A stretch of 64,000 nucleotides of DNA, from contig JBHLLJ010000002.1 in NCBI GenBank assembly GCA_048885705.1, positions 1,117-65,116 on the forward strand, read 5' to 3'. This stretch comes from Candidatus Hermodarchaeota archaeon (lineage in GTDB: Archaea > Asgardarchaeota > Lokiarchaeia > Sigyniarchaeales > SOKP01). How positions within the stretch are numbered: position 1 is the first letter of the stretch; each line of letters starts with the position of its first letter. Below are positions 45,478 to 54,479 of this stretch, piece by piece. The notes beneath the pieces were generated by a model. The model was not told the origin of the DNA, did not search any database, and saw nothing but the letters and a program-made list of their open reading frames with translations. The position numbers and the translations under genes are program-made.

Positions 45478-46794
45478 CTAATTCCTTTTTCGTAACTGAG
45501 CAATCTCAATTTTCTGTTCATTATTCAGTTTAAGCAAGTTTTCAATTGTATTTTTAAGCTCTCTGATTCTCAAATCTAAGTTAGGATCTTCTCGCATATG
45601 TGGCACTTGAGTTTGAATATTTAGGTTATCTAATTGACGTTGAAATTCATTAAGTTTTTCTTCTTTTAATCTCAGTTGATTTTCCAATTGTCGATACTTA
45701 GTTTTTATTTGTACAGCTTCATTCTTAATTGTTTCAATTTCTTCTTCTTTAGTTTTAAGTTGTTTTTGAAGAAACATTGCCATTTCTCTTTGCATTTTAA
45801 GTTTTCCTTCTAATTCATTTTGAAAATCCGCTGATTCTATAGGTCTCGTCTGCTGATGTTTTTTAAGTTCAGCTTCAAGTGATTGTATTTGTACTTTAGC
45901 TTTATTTAATTTATTTTGAAGATCATCTTTTAACTTTTTCATCATCTCACTTGAAGCAATATCATCTTGTTCAAAATTCGCAGCAATTTCTGCTTTTTGT
46001 AAAGAAATAATTTCTTTCTTCAGTTCTTTAATTTCATCATCTTTTTTCTTTAGTTGGTCTTTATGTTCACTTATTTCTTTTTTATAGTCTTTAACTCTTG
46101 TAATTTCTTTTTCATTTTTCGTTCTTTTTTTATCAGATTGCTCAATTATTTGCTTTAATTCTGTTATCTGTCTTTTAGATTTGGTTAATTGATCCTGAAG
46201 TTCCTCTATTAAATCTTTTGTTATTGAGTCTCGGCTTTTATCACTAGATTCAGAACTAAAATTTTTTAATTTTTGTTGTAAATCCAAGTTTTCTGATTTT
46301 AAGATTCCAATCTCTTCCTCTTTTTTTGCTAGTAGCTCATCAGATTCTTCGCTACCGACATTTTGGGATCTTAGTTTCTTAATTATCGAGCGTTGATTAT
46401 TAACTTTTTCTTGAAGTTCTTTTACTAGCATATTAAGTGGGGTTTTACTTCTTAAATCCTCAACTCTTATAACAGAAGATTCACTTTGATTAGCCTTTAT
46501 TCTTTCTAATTCTTGTTGAAGCTGTAATTTCTCCTTTCTTAAAAATCCCATATTATTCTTTAATTCTCTAATTTGTCTCTCTTTTTCATCGAGTTCAATA
46601 GCCAATTTTGAATCTATTGCTTGTTGTTTCTTTGTTTTCTTTTTAGTGTCTTCTTCTGGAATTAAAGCCTCTAATCTCATTATATTATCTTCAAGTACTT
46701 CAATTCTATCAAGAAGATTATGGATTTCAGTATCTTTTTTATTAAGTTCTGCCTTTAAATCATTGATATGGGTTTTTAACGTATCTTCAGACAT
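45478..46794 (-). CDS. Long coiled-coil protein (K/E/Q-rich)
   Basis: 438 aa with an almost continuous heptad-like K/E/L/Q pattern and no enzymatic motif. It ends 10 nt before the rnz start. Confidence 0.55.
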   Translation of the reverse strand: MSEDTLKTHINDLKAELNKKDTEIHNLLDRIEVLEDNIMRLEALIPEEDTKKKTKKQQAIDSKLAIELDEKERQIRELKNNMGFLRKEKLQLQQELERIKANQSESSVIRVEDLRSKTPLNMLVKELQEKVNNQRSIIKKLRSQNVGSEESDELLAKKEEEIGILKSENLDLQQKLKNFSSESSDKSRDSITKDLIEELQDQLTKSKRQITELKQIIEQSDKKRTKNEKEITRVKDYKKEISEHKDQLKKKDDEIKELKKEIISLQKAEIAANFEQDDIASSEMMKKLKDDLQNKLNKAKVQIQSLEAELKKHQQTRPIESADFQNELEGKLKMQREMAMFLQKQLKTKEEEIETIKNEAVQIKTKYRQLENQLRLKEEKLNEFQRQLDNLNIQTQVPHMREDPNLDLRIRELKNTIENLLKLNNEQKIEIAQLRKRN

Positions 46795-46892
46795 TAAAAA
46801 GAATCACCTATATACTAGAATAATACTGTTTTAGAAATTAAAATTTAACTTATCAGTCCCCCTCTTCTATATTATTGCCAAAATAAAATTGC

Positions 46893-48803
46893 CTAGTATA
46901 AGCTAAAATCTTTTATAGAAAATTTATTTATTTTCTTAATTATTGGATAAAGGCTTAAAAAATTAAAAATCATAAATATCAAAAATAAAAATAAGAAGAG
47001 GAAAAAGGGCACAGATAAGGAAGGTAAATAAACTTGCGTAGTTAAAAATAGAGAATTTACTATCATTCCAATTCCTAAACCCAATAGTAAAGAGGGAACT
47101 AGTACAAAAATTGACTCCATAAAAAGGATTTTTTTCAATGAATTTGATTTTGAGCCAATAGCTCGCATAATAAGGAAATCTTGAGCTTTTTCCATTATTC
47201 CCGATTTCTGATAATTATACAACGATAAAATTGCTATAATTGATATCGCTATAATTAATATTATGGGGTACACTGATAAGGAACTTACAAAATTTAAATT
47301 TGCTTGGAAAACTTGATCTAATTGTAAATAGGCAAAACTTGTTCCAAGAGTGTTTGTAACATTTTCAAGAATTTCGCTAACTTCTTGGTATTTACCAGGA
47401 CTTAGCTTTAACATAATTAAATTAACCTTATCATTATCCAGATTTAATACTTTCCTCGATTCATTTATACTTATATATCCACTCCATCCTGAATAAAAAC
47501 TATCAATGATCACTCCTTTGATATGGAATACTTTTCCAAGCCCAGTAAGTTCTAATCTTTGAAGAAGTGGAATATCAAAAAAATTGTGAGCCAAACCATC
47601 GGCAATAGTCATATTATCAAAAGCATCCTCTTCCGTAAAAAAGCTCCCTTCAATTTCAAAATTTGGAATTAAATTCTTGGGATTCACTCCAATAATAGGA
47701 ATATTACCTTCTCGATACTGTCCAACAGTTATATAAGAACCATCTTCTGCTATATATGTTCCCGTAAGTTCCTCTACATCATAAAAACTTACAATCCTTT
47801 CATCAACTTTTTCAATTTCAGCAATACTACTTAAAATTTGTACATCACTCAAGTTAAAGAAGTATTTAGAGTCAGTAAAATTAATATTTGCCTTATCGAT
47901 AAAAATTTCAGGATCAGAAAACATCTTGTACATTAAAGAATAGTTATAAACCACGTCTTGATGCCCAACTATCACTATGTTATCATTTTGCGATTTATTT
48001 ATCCATTCACGAGATGAAAAATTTAATATAATAGTTCCTAAGCCTAATGTGAATATCATTAATCCGATAATAGAAAATACAACCAAATATCTCTTAAACT
48101 CACCCTTCTTTCGGATTGTATTAACGACAGCTATTTTAATATTAAATCCAATTGAAGTCAGCCATTTTGGTATAAATTTTAAGGGTTTTTTAGCATTGTA
48201 ATTATAAGGAATATCCTTAGAAAAAGTTTGGATTATTTTCTGTTTCCCAATTTTCCTTATTACATATCCATTCACAAAAAAAATACATCCTATACAAGAG
48301 ATAAGAATAATTGGGGTATAAAATAAATCTATTTGAATTGAGAGAGGAAAATTAAAAAGCAACATTATTAAACTAAATATCCCAAATATTAATAATCCTA
48401 AAATTACACCCAATAAGAAACCAATAAAGAATATAATATATACTTCAAGCAAATAAAAACTATATAATTTCCGGGGAAGAGTTCCTAAGGATTTCATAAC
48501 TGCTATATCTTTTTTTTTAGTAATGATCATAGTAGTAGTAACAACAAGAACGATGCAAATAGTTAATGCAATCATTAAGATCTGAATTAAATTATTAAAT
48601 TGTTTATAGGATAAACTAATCCCACTTGAGAAGTAATATATATTTAGAAATGAAGGTTGAATAAAGATATTTAATCCGATTGATGACGTAAAATAAATCA
48701 AAAATTCAGTAAAAGCGACAATTAAAATAATGATAAGTAAAAATGGATAATTAGACTGCCTTTTCCGATATAAATCTTTTAAAGCAAAATCAAATGAAGA
48801 CAT
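46893..48803 (-). CDS. ABC transporter permease, FtsX/MacB-like
   Basis: 636 aa. TM clusters at both ends flank a large extracytoplasmic domain. Adjacent to a LolD/MacB-type ATPase. Confidence 0.7.
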   Translation of the reverse strand: MSSFDFALKDLYRKRQSNYPFLLIIILIVAFTEFLIYFTSSIGLNIFIQPSFLNIYYFSSGISLSYKQFNNLIQILMIALTICIVLVVTTTMIITKKKDIAVMKSLGTLPRKLYSFYLLEVYIIFFIGFLLGVILGLLIFGIFSLIMLLFNFPLSIQIDLFYTPIILISCIGCIFFVNGYVIRKIGKQKIIQTFSKDIPYNYNAKKPLKFIPKWLTSIGFNIKIAVVNTIRKKGEFKRYLVVFSIIGLMIFTLGLGTIILNFSSREWINKSQNDNIVIVGHQDVVYNYSLMYKMFSDPEIFIDKANINFTDSKYFFNLSDVQILSSIAEIEKVDERIVSFYDVEELTGTYIAEDGSYITVGQYREGNIPIIGVNPKNLIPNFEIEGSFFTEEDAFDNMTIADGLAHNFFDIPLLQRLELTGLGKVFHIKGVIIDSFYSGWSGYISINESRKVLNLDNDKVNLIMLKLSPGKYQEVSEILENVTNTLGTSFAYLQLDQVFQANLNFVSSLSVYPIILIIAISIIAILSLYNYQKSGIMEKAQDFLIMRAIGSKSNSLKKILFMESIFVLVPSLLLGLGIGMIVNSLFLTTQVYLPSLSVPFFLFLFLFLIFMIFNFLSLYPIIKKINKFSIKDFSLY

Positions 48804-48818
48804 ATTGGTATTTATTTA

Positions 48819-49613
48819 CTACTCAAATTTTCTTATTACTTCTATATTTAATATTTTTCCATCATCAAAAGAGATAATAGTATCAGCTAAATTTATTAAA
48901 TAATCATCATGTGTGGCGATTATGATTGTTCTAATATCATCTTTTAATTCTTTAAAAAGATCTCTAATAAATTGACTAGTTCTTTTATCTAGATTAGCTG
49001 TTGGCTCATCAGCTAAGATCATAGGCGGATTGTTTGCTAAAGCTCTTGCAATTGCAACTCTTTGTTGTTCTCCAGCAGAAAGTTGAAAAGGTAAATGTTC
49101 TCTTCGATCTAGGAGATTCATTTTTCTTAATAATTCTTCTGCACGTGATCTCTGTTCTTTAAAAGCTATACCAGTAAGGTTCATTGGAAACATTATATTT
49201 TCTTCAGCCGTGAGAGTACTAATAAGATTATAATTCTGAAAAATAAAACCAGTATTTAAAAGTCTCCACGTTGTTAGTGATTCTTCCTCCATATCTGAGA
49301 TTTTAACTCCGTAGGAATAAAGTATTCCTCGATTAGGTGAATCCAGGCCACCTATTAAATTTAATAATGTTGTTTTACCTGCACCACTAGGACCCTTGAT
49401 AACTAAAAATTCTCCATTGTGAATTGATAAAGATACATTGTCAACAGCCCGAACAATAAAGTCACCTATTTCATAATCTTTAAACAACTCTGCACAAACA
49501 ATCGCATATCTTGTGCTTATTTCTTTCAATGAATCAGCATTAGAGATAGTTTTATCTCCTTCAACTGATTTATCTTGTTTAATATTCTTTAGGGAATTAT
49601 CTATTTCTGGCAC
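48819..49613 (-). CDS. ABC transporter ATP-binding protein (MacB/LolD type)
   Basis: 264 aa with GPSGAGKTTL, LSAGEQQRVAIARAL and ILADEPTANLD. Confidence 0.85.
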   Translation of the reverse strand: MPEIDNSLKNIKQDKSVEGDKTISNADSLKEISTRYAIVCAELFKDYEIGDFIVRAVDNVSLSIHNGEFLVIKGPSGAGKTTLLNLIGGLDSPNRGILYSYGVKISDMEEESLTTWRLLNTGFIFQNYNLISTLTAEENIMFPMNLTGIAFKEQRSRAEELLRKMNLLDRREHLPFQLSAGEQQRVAIARALANNPPMILADEPTANLDKRTSQFIRDLFKELKDDIRTIIIATHDDYLINLADTIISFDDGKILNIEVIRKFE

Positions 49614-49790
49614 GATGTTTATAATTAATATTTATTTAAATCTTTAGTGTCGTTTTTTTCTAATTTTAGTGATAGTCTGGAAAATTATATACTATCAAAA
49701 TAAAAATTTCCTAAATTGGAATTACTGATATTGATTTCTTGAATACTTTAATTGTCAATTTTTAGATTTTTCTGCTGTTGGTAAATTAAG

Positions 49791-49798
49791 TTTAAATA
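49791..49798 (+). promoter_or_regulatory. TATA-box-like element positioned for a transcript starting at about 49821
   Basis: TTTAAATA preceded by purine-rich AAG. Its centre is about 26-27 nt upstream of the first base of helix P1 of the structured element. Confidence 0.4.
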
Positions 49799-49821
49799 CT
49801 TAAGTATCATAATTATACAAT

Positions 49822-49969
49822 AGAGGGAAGATTGAGAAAATACAAATAATATCCCCTAATGAAAAGTGGAATTCCCCTTTTCGTGGAATTTCCTAATTAA
49901 AATGGTAACTAAATTTTACAAAATCTCAAACAAATTTGTTGAGATTTTGAGTTTTTCTCATCTCCCTCT
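49822..49969 (+). ncRNA. Candidate ~150-nt structured RNA (three-helix junction) or cis-regulatory leader upstream of the corrinoid protein gene
   Basis: P1 is 49822-49840 (AGAGGGAAGATTGAGAAAA) paired with 49953-49969, 17 bp with two 1-nt bulges. P2 is 49868-49893 (GGAATTCC-9 nt-GGAATTTCC). P3 is 49920-49948 (AAAATCTCAAACAAATTTGTTGAGATTTT). A TATA box sits at about -27 and a T7 tract follows directly. Strand is assigned from promoter and terminator geometry only. Confidence 0.45.
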
Positions 49970-49972
49970 CTC

Positions 49973-49979
49973 TTTTTTT
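49973..49979 (+). terminator. Oligo-T (T7) tract immediately 3' of helix P1
   Basis: TCTTTTTTTA. Oligo-T tracts are the archaeal intrinsic termination signal. Confidence 0.4.
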
Positions 49980-50085
49980 ATAATTATTGAAACTAACTAA
50001 GATGGAGAATAAATTTTTTGTTAAAATAAGATTTAAAGGATAATTTTAATTTACTTTAGTATTAGTTAGCTTATTTATTTCGTAA

Positions 50086-50733
50086 ATGAAGGAGATATTT
50101 GTGGACTTTAAAAAATTAACTGAATTAGTAATTGAATTGGAAGTAGATGATATTGCAGATGCCGTAAAGGAAGCATTAAATGAAGGAAAGGATCCTTTTG
50201 ATATATTGGCCTCCTTAACAAAAGGAATGGATGAGGTTGGACGCCGTTATGAAGAAAAAGAATATTATTTGACAGAACTTGTTCTAGCTGGAGAAACAAT
50301 GAAGGAAGCCTTTAATATTTTAAAACCCGCCTTAGCCGCTTCAGATAAATCAGAAGATAAAGTGAAAATAATTCTTGCTACAGTTAAAGGAGATAATCAT
50401 GATATAGGAAAAAATATATTAGGATCCCTCCTCTTAAGTTCTGGATTTGAACTGTATGATTTGGGAATGGATGTTGATGAAAATGCAATCGTTGAAAAAG
50501 TAAAAGAAACAGGAGCCAGAATAGTTGCATTAAGTTCATTATTAACAATGACTGTAGAACATATCAAAGTTGTTCATGAAGCCTTACAAGTAGCAGGAGT
50601 TCGTGATAAAGTCAAATTAATTGTTGGAGGAGCGCCTTTGAATATGGAACTTGCTAAAAAGCTTGGAGCAGATGATTTTGCTGATGATGCAGTTGATGGC
50701 GTGAAACATATTAAAAAGCTTGCTGGAATATAA
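50086..50733 (+). CDS. Methyltransferase-cognate corrinoid protein (B12-binding, MtaC/MtbC/MttC-like)
   Basis: 215 aa with a helical cap domain and a Rossmann B12 domain carrying DxHxxG (GDNHDIGKN), SxL (LSSLLT) and GG (VGGAPL). The GTG at 50101, 6 nt after AAGGAG, is an alternative start. Confidence 0.8.
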   Translation: MKEIFVDFKKLTELVIELEVDDIADAVKEALNEGKDPFDILASLTKGMDEVGRRYEEKEYYLTELVLAGETMKEAFNILKPALAASDKSEDKVKIILATVKGDNHDIGKNILGSLLLSSGFELYDLGMDVDENAIVEKVKETGARIVALSSLLTMTVEHIKVVHEALQVAGVRDKVKLIVGGAPLNMELAKKLGADDFADDAVDGVKHIKKLAGI

Positions 50734-50961
50734 TAAATTTTTTCCTTCTAAAATTTAATATATTTCTCGATTTTTGTCTTTTTTAACCCTTAATTATCAA
50801 GAATTTATAAATTATAAATTCATTTTTCGATGTATTTTATACTTCTTTCTTAGTTAATATTAAAGTATATTAAATTATAATCATAAGATTTATACTCTTT
50901 TTGAATCGTTTATATCTCAAGGAATAAATAATAATAGAATCCATTCAAAGAGGTTTTTAAA

Positions 50962-51216
50962 TTGAATAATGAACAAAGTGAAGAAATTGAAATTAAAGAG
51001 ATTTTGGATACTAGAGGTTTATTTTGCCCAGAACCATTATTTGAAGTAAGGAATTTGAGTGAAACTCTTAATGTGGGGCAATGTTTCAAGGTTATCGCTG
51101 ATGATCCCGCAGCAGAAGAGGATCTTAAAAGATGGGCTAAAAGAACTGATACAAAAGTTGTAGAATTTAGCAAGGATGGAGAAGATTTAATATTCATTTT
51201 TAAGAAAATGAAATAA
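50962..51216 (+). CDS. tusA: TusA/SirA-like sulfurtransferase
   Basis: 84 aa with a TTG start and the active-site motif DTRGLFCPEP. Confidence 0.75.
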   Translation: MNNEQSEEIEIKEILDTRGLFCPEPLFEVRNLSETLNVGQCFKVIADDPAAEEDLKRWAKRTDTKVVEFSKDGEDLIFIFKKMK

Positions 51217-51222
51217 TACCCA

Positions 51223-52422
51223 GTGGAAAAAATGAGTGTATATTTAGATTATCAAGCAGCTAAACCAGTGGACCCCCGTGTATTCGAAACTATGAAACCG
51301 TATTTTACCAAACGATTTGGAAATCCATCTTCATTGCATAATTATGGATATAATGCTACTAAGTCCTTAGAAGAAGCTCGAATTAGGGTTGCAAGTTTTA
51401 TTAATGCTCCAGATCCCGACAACATTATTTTTACTTCTGGAGCTACAGAATCAAATAATTTAGGAATAATTGGAGCAGCACTTCGAAATAAAAGAAAAGG
51501 AAATCATATTATTATCTCTGAGATTGAGCATATTTCCATACTAAATATTGGTAAATATTTAGAACAACAAGGATTTAAAGTAAGTAGAGTTCCTGTAGAC
51601 AGATTTGGAATTATTAACCTTGGTAAATTAGAGCGATTAATTACTGATCAAACAATTTTAATCTCGATTTCTACCGCTAGTAATGAAATCGGTTCAATTC
51701 AACCTGTAGAACAAATATCAGAACTTGCTCGAAAGAATAACATCTGGTTTCATTCGGATGCGGTAGCAAGCGAAAGTACAATACCAATTGATGTACAAAA
51801 AGTTCCTTTTGATTTATTGACGATATCTTCAAATGATATTTATGGCCCAAGAGGTGTAGGTGCTCTATACCTTAAAAAAGGTGTAAGAGTAAATCCTGTA
51901 CTTATTGGAGGGGGCCAAGAGAAGGGCATGAGGTCTGGATCAGAAAATATGTCTGGAATAATAGGCTTTGGCAAAGCAGCTGAAATAATGAGGTCAGAAA
52001 TAAATGAAGAAGCTGCTAGGTTAAAAATTCTTAGAGATAAATTAATTAGGGAAGTTTTAAAGATTCCTAAATCATATTTAAATGGGCATCCTGAGAAAAG
52101 GACGCCTCACAATGCTAATTTCCGGTTTGATTATATTGAAGGCGAATCATTGCTTCTATCCTTAAAGGATCAAAATATAGAGGTAGCAACGGGTTCTGCC
52201 TGTTCTTCGAAAACTCTAGAGCCATCTCACACACTTATTTCTTGTGGTTTATTACATGAGGAAGCACATGGAAGTTTATTATTAACTTTAGGGAGATATA
52301 CAGAAGAAAAAGATATTGATAAAATTATTGAAGTATTACCCGGAATAGTAAGAAAGTTAAGAATTTTATCACCACTTACACCTTCAGATTTATTAAAAAA
52401 ATTACAAGAGGAGGAAAATTAA
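51223..52422 (+). CDS. nifS: Cysteine desulfurase (NifS/IscS class)
   Basis: 399 aa with a GTG start. It has YLDYQAAKPVDPRV, the PLP region SSNDIYGPRGVGALY and the active-site loop GSACSS. Confidence 0.85.
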   Translation: MEKMSVYLDYQAAKPVDPRVFETMKPYFTKRFGNPSSLHNYGYNATKSLEEARIRVASFINAPDPDNIIFTSGATESNNLGIIGAALRNKRKGNHIIISEIEHISILNIGKYLEQQGFKVSRVPVDRFGIINLGKLERLITDQTILISISTASNEIGSIQPVEQISELARKNNIWFHSDAVASESTIPIDVQKVPFDLLTISSNDIYGPRGVGALYLKKGVRVNPVLIGGGQEKGMRSGSENMSGIIGFGKAAEIMRSEINEEAARLKILRDKLIREVLKIPKSYLNGHPEKRTPHNANFRFDYIEGESLLLSLKDQNIEVATGSACSSKTLEPSHTLISCGLLHEEAHGSLLLTLGRYTEEKDIDKIIEVLPGIVRKLRILSPLTPSDLLKKLQEEEN

Positions 52423-53223
52423 ATGAGTGTACATAAATATACTGATAAAGTAATGGATCATTTTAGAAATCCAAGAAATGTGGGTACAATCGAAAATCCT
52501 GATGGGTATGGTAAGGTTGGAAACCCAGTATGTGGAGATTTAATGGAAATTTTCATAAAAGTAGGGAAAAATGATAAAGGAGAAGAAATAATTGACGATA
52601 TCAAATTCAAAACCTTTGGTTGTGGTTCTGCAGTCTCAACTTCATCAATGGTAACTGAGATGGCTAAAGGGATGACACTTGATGATGCATACAATATTAC
52701 TCGAAGTGACGTAGCAGAAGAATTAGATGGGTTACCTCCTATCAAAATGCATTGTTCAAATTTGGCCGCAGATGCATTAAAAGCTGCGATAAATAATTAT
52801 CGTGAGGGTACAAAACCAGAGGTGGAGATAGTCACTTCATGTCAGCTAGAAGTACGAGTAATTTTAGGTGTTGATGAATTTAAGGGAAAGGGAGTATATC
52901 TAGAAGTTCCTGACCTTGAACAACTAAGAGAGAAGAGAACTTTGATTGTTGATACAGGGGATGAGTCTTTAGAATTAGCACTCAAATTAACTGAATATAC
53001 TGGTAGAGTAATAGTGGTAACTTCTGCAAAAGAAATCCCCGGAACTGTAGAAATCGCAAAAAAGTTAAAACAATCTGATGTGAAAATCTTACAGCAATCA
53101 GAATTAAATGAGATCAAGGGAGAATTAGATGAAGTAGAAAAAGTTATAATACATGATTTTGACGAAGATGAAAATTATGAACTGTTTGTGGATGCGGTAA
53201 TAATTTTAGATTATAGAGGTTAA
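52423..53223 (+). CDS. iscU: IscU/NifU-like Fe-S scaffold fused to a degenerate thioredoxin-reductase-like (NADPH-domain) module
   Basis: Residues 1-125 are IscU (NPVCGD, FGCGSAVS, HCSNLA). Residues ~126-266, FKGKGVYLEVPDLEQLREKRTLIVDTGDESLELALKL...VDAVIIL, align by eye with the TrxB central domain. They lack its CxxC (here EVPD) and its GGGxxA (here DTGDES). GAGGAGG lies upstream of the ATG. Confidence 0.75.
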   Translation: MSVHKYTDKVMDHFRNPRNVGTIENPDGYGKVGNPVCGDLMEIFIKVGKNDKGEEIIDDIKFKTFGCGSAVSTSSMVTEMAKGMTLDDAYNITRSDVAEELDGLPPIKMHCSNLAADALKAAINNYREGTKPEVEIVTSCQLEVRVILGVDEFKGKGVYLEVPDLEQLREKRTLIVDTGDESLELALKLTEYTGRVIVVTSAKEIPGTVEIAKKLKQSDVKILQQSELNEIKGELDEVEKVIIHDFDEDENYELFVDAVIILDYRG

Positions 53224-53228
53224 TTCTT

Positions 53229-54362
53229 TTATTTTTTCATTGATTCTAAAATATAGTCAGCTATGTATTTACTTTTTTTATTCATTTGGTTTTTATAGTT
53301 AACATATCTAAAGTTAAAAACACATAAGGGACAAGATGAAACTATTTCTTGTGTTTCGATATTGTTAAATAATTCTTCACCAATTTTAATACAAATACTA
53401 CTATCTACCCCTCTAATACCTGATCCTGCTCCACAGCAAGGAGATTCTTCTAAATTAGGATTTAATTCTTTAATTTCTAAACCACATTTTTTTAAAAGCT
53501 CTCGAGGCTCAGAATAAAGAGGTCCATTTTTATACTTCCTTCCTACTCGGCAAGCATCGTGATATGTAATCACCTTATTTAAAGGTTTTAAATCAATTTT
53601 TCTTTCTTTTTCTAACTCATATATAACCTCAATTATATGTTTCACGTTTAGGTTGAAATCCTCGAAATATTTTCTGTAAACTTTATTAAAAGCATATAAA
53701 CAACCCGCGCAAGTAACAATTAAGTTTTTTACACCAAATTTTTTAAAGAGGTTTATGTTTTCTTCAAAAATTTTTTTAGCGATTTCAAGGTTTCCTGCCG
53801 AATACACATATTCTCCGCAACATGGTTCATTTTTAAAAATTTTGAAATCATAACCTGCTTTTTTTAAAATTTCATAAGGGTAAGTTGCACTTTCTTTAAC
53901 TCGAAATGAAGACATACATCCAAAAAACAAAAGAGTATCTGATTGTTTGTTTTCAAATAGTTCTTCTTTTAAATATATTTTAGGTAACCAATCTAATCTC
54001 TCATTTGGATCGCCTCCAACAGAATTGTCTTTTTCAATAATTCCATTAATTATTTTGTTATGTATTTCTAATGGTGCTTTGTTCAATTCAACAAGTCTCA
54101 CTTTACTTGAATGAATAATTTCTGAAATACTGATTTGTTGTTGACAATTTAAATCGCATAATGAGCAAAGAGTACACGTATAAAGACTAATACGTTCTTC
54201 TTCTGAGAGCTGTTGATTATTAAATACTTTTTGGGCTATTTTTAACCTTCCATTTGGAGATTTTAATAGATCATTAGTGACTTTGTAAGTATCACATACT
54301 TCTAGACAACTCATACAGTCTACACATGATTTTATTTCAGTTAATATTTTATTATCATCCAT
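53229..54362 (-). CDS. HdrD/GlcF-like Fe-S protein (two 4Fe-4S motifs plus two CCG domains)
   Basis: 377 aa with CVDCMSCLEVC and CTLCSLCDLNC, plus CCG-domain cysteines (FFGCMSS..PCCG and HDACR..SPCCGAGSG). Confidence 0.75.
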   Translation of the reverse strand: MDDNKILTEIKSCVDCMSCLEVCDTYKVTNDLLKSPNGRLKIAQKVFNNQQLSEEERISLYTCTLCSLCDLNCQQQISISEIIHSSKVRLVELNKAPLEIHNKIINGIIEKDNSVGGDPNERLDWLPKIYLKEELFENKQSDTLLFFGCMSSFRVKESATYPYEILKKAGYDFKIFKNEPCCGEYVYSAGNLEIAKKIFEENINLFKKFGVKNLIVTCAGCLYAFNKVYRKYFEDFNLNVKHIIEVIYELEKERKIDLKPLNKVITYHDACRVGRKYKNGPLYSEPRELLKKCGLEIKELNPNLEESPCCGAGSGIRGVDSSICIKIGEELFNNIETQEIVSSCPLCVFNFRYVNYKNQMNKKSKYIADYILESMKK

Positions 54363-54479
54363 TTTAATATCGTTCTTGTTAATATTAGATTATTAAGTAA
54401 TCTTTCTAACTTATAATACCCAAATTTATATTAATTCCTTTATAAAATAGGTTTAGATACTGAAAGTTATTTATTCAAA

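Noticed and set aside
45468-45521. 18-aa N-terminal extension of RNase Z in the track ORF
   Set aside because: It would overlap the upstream coiled-coil gene by 44 nt. The family N-terminus (MELIILGS) begins at the ATG at 45467.
49822-49969. Cobalamin riboswitch upstream of the corrinoid protein gene
   Set aside because: There is no B12-box-like GCC-containing core and the element is too AT-rich. It is reported instead as an unclassified structured element with a MITE alternative.
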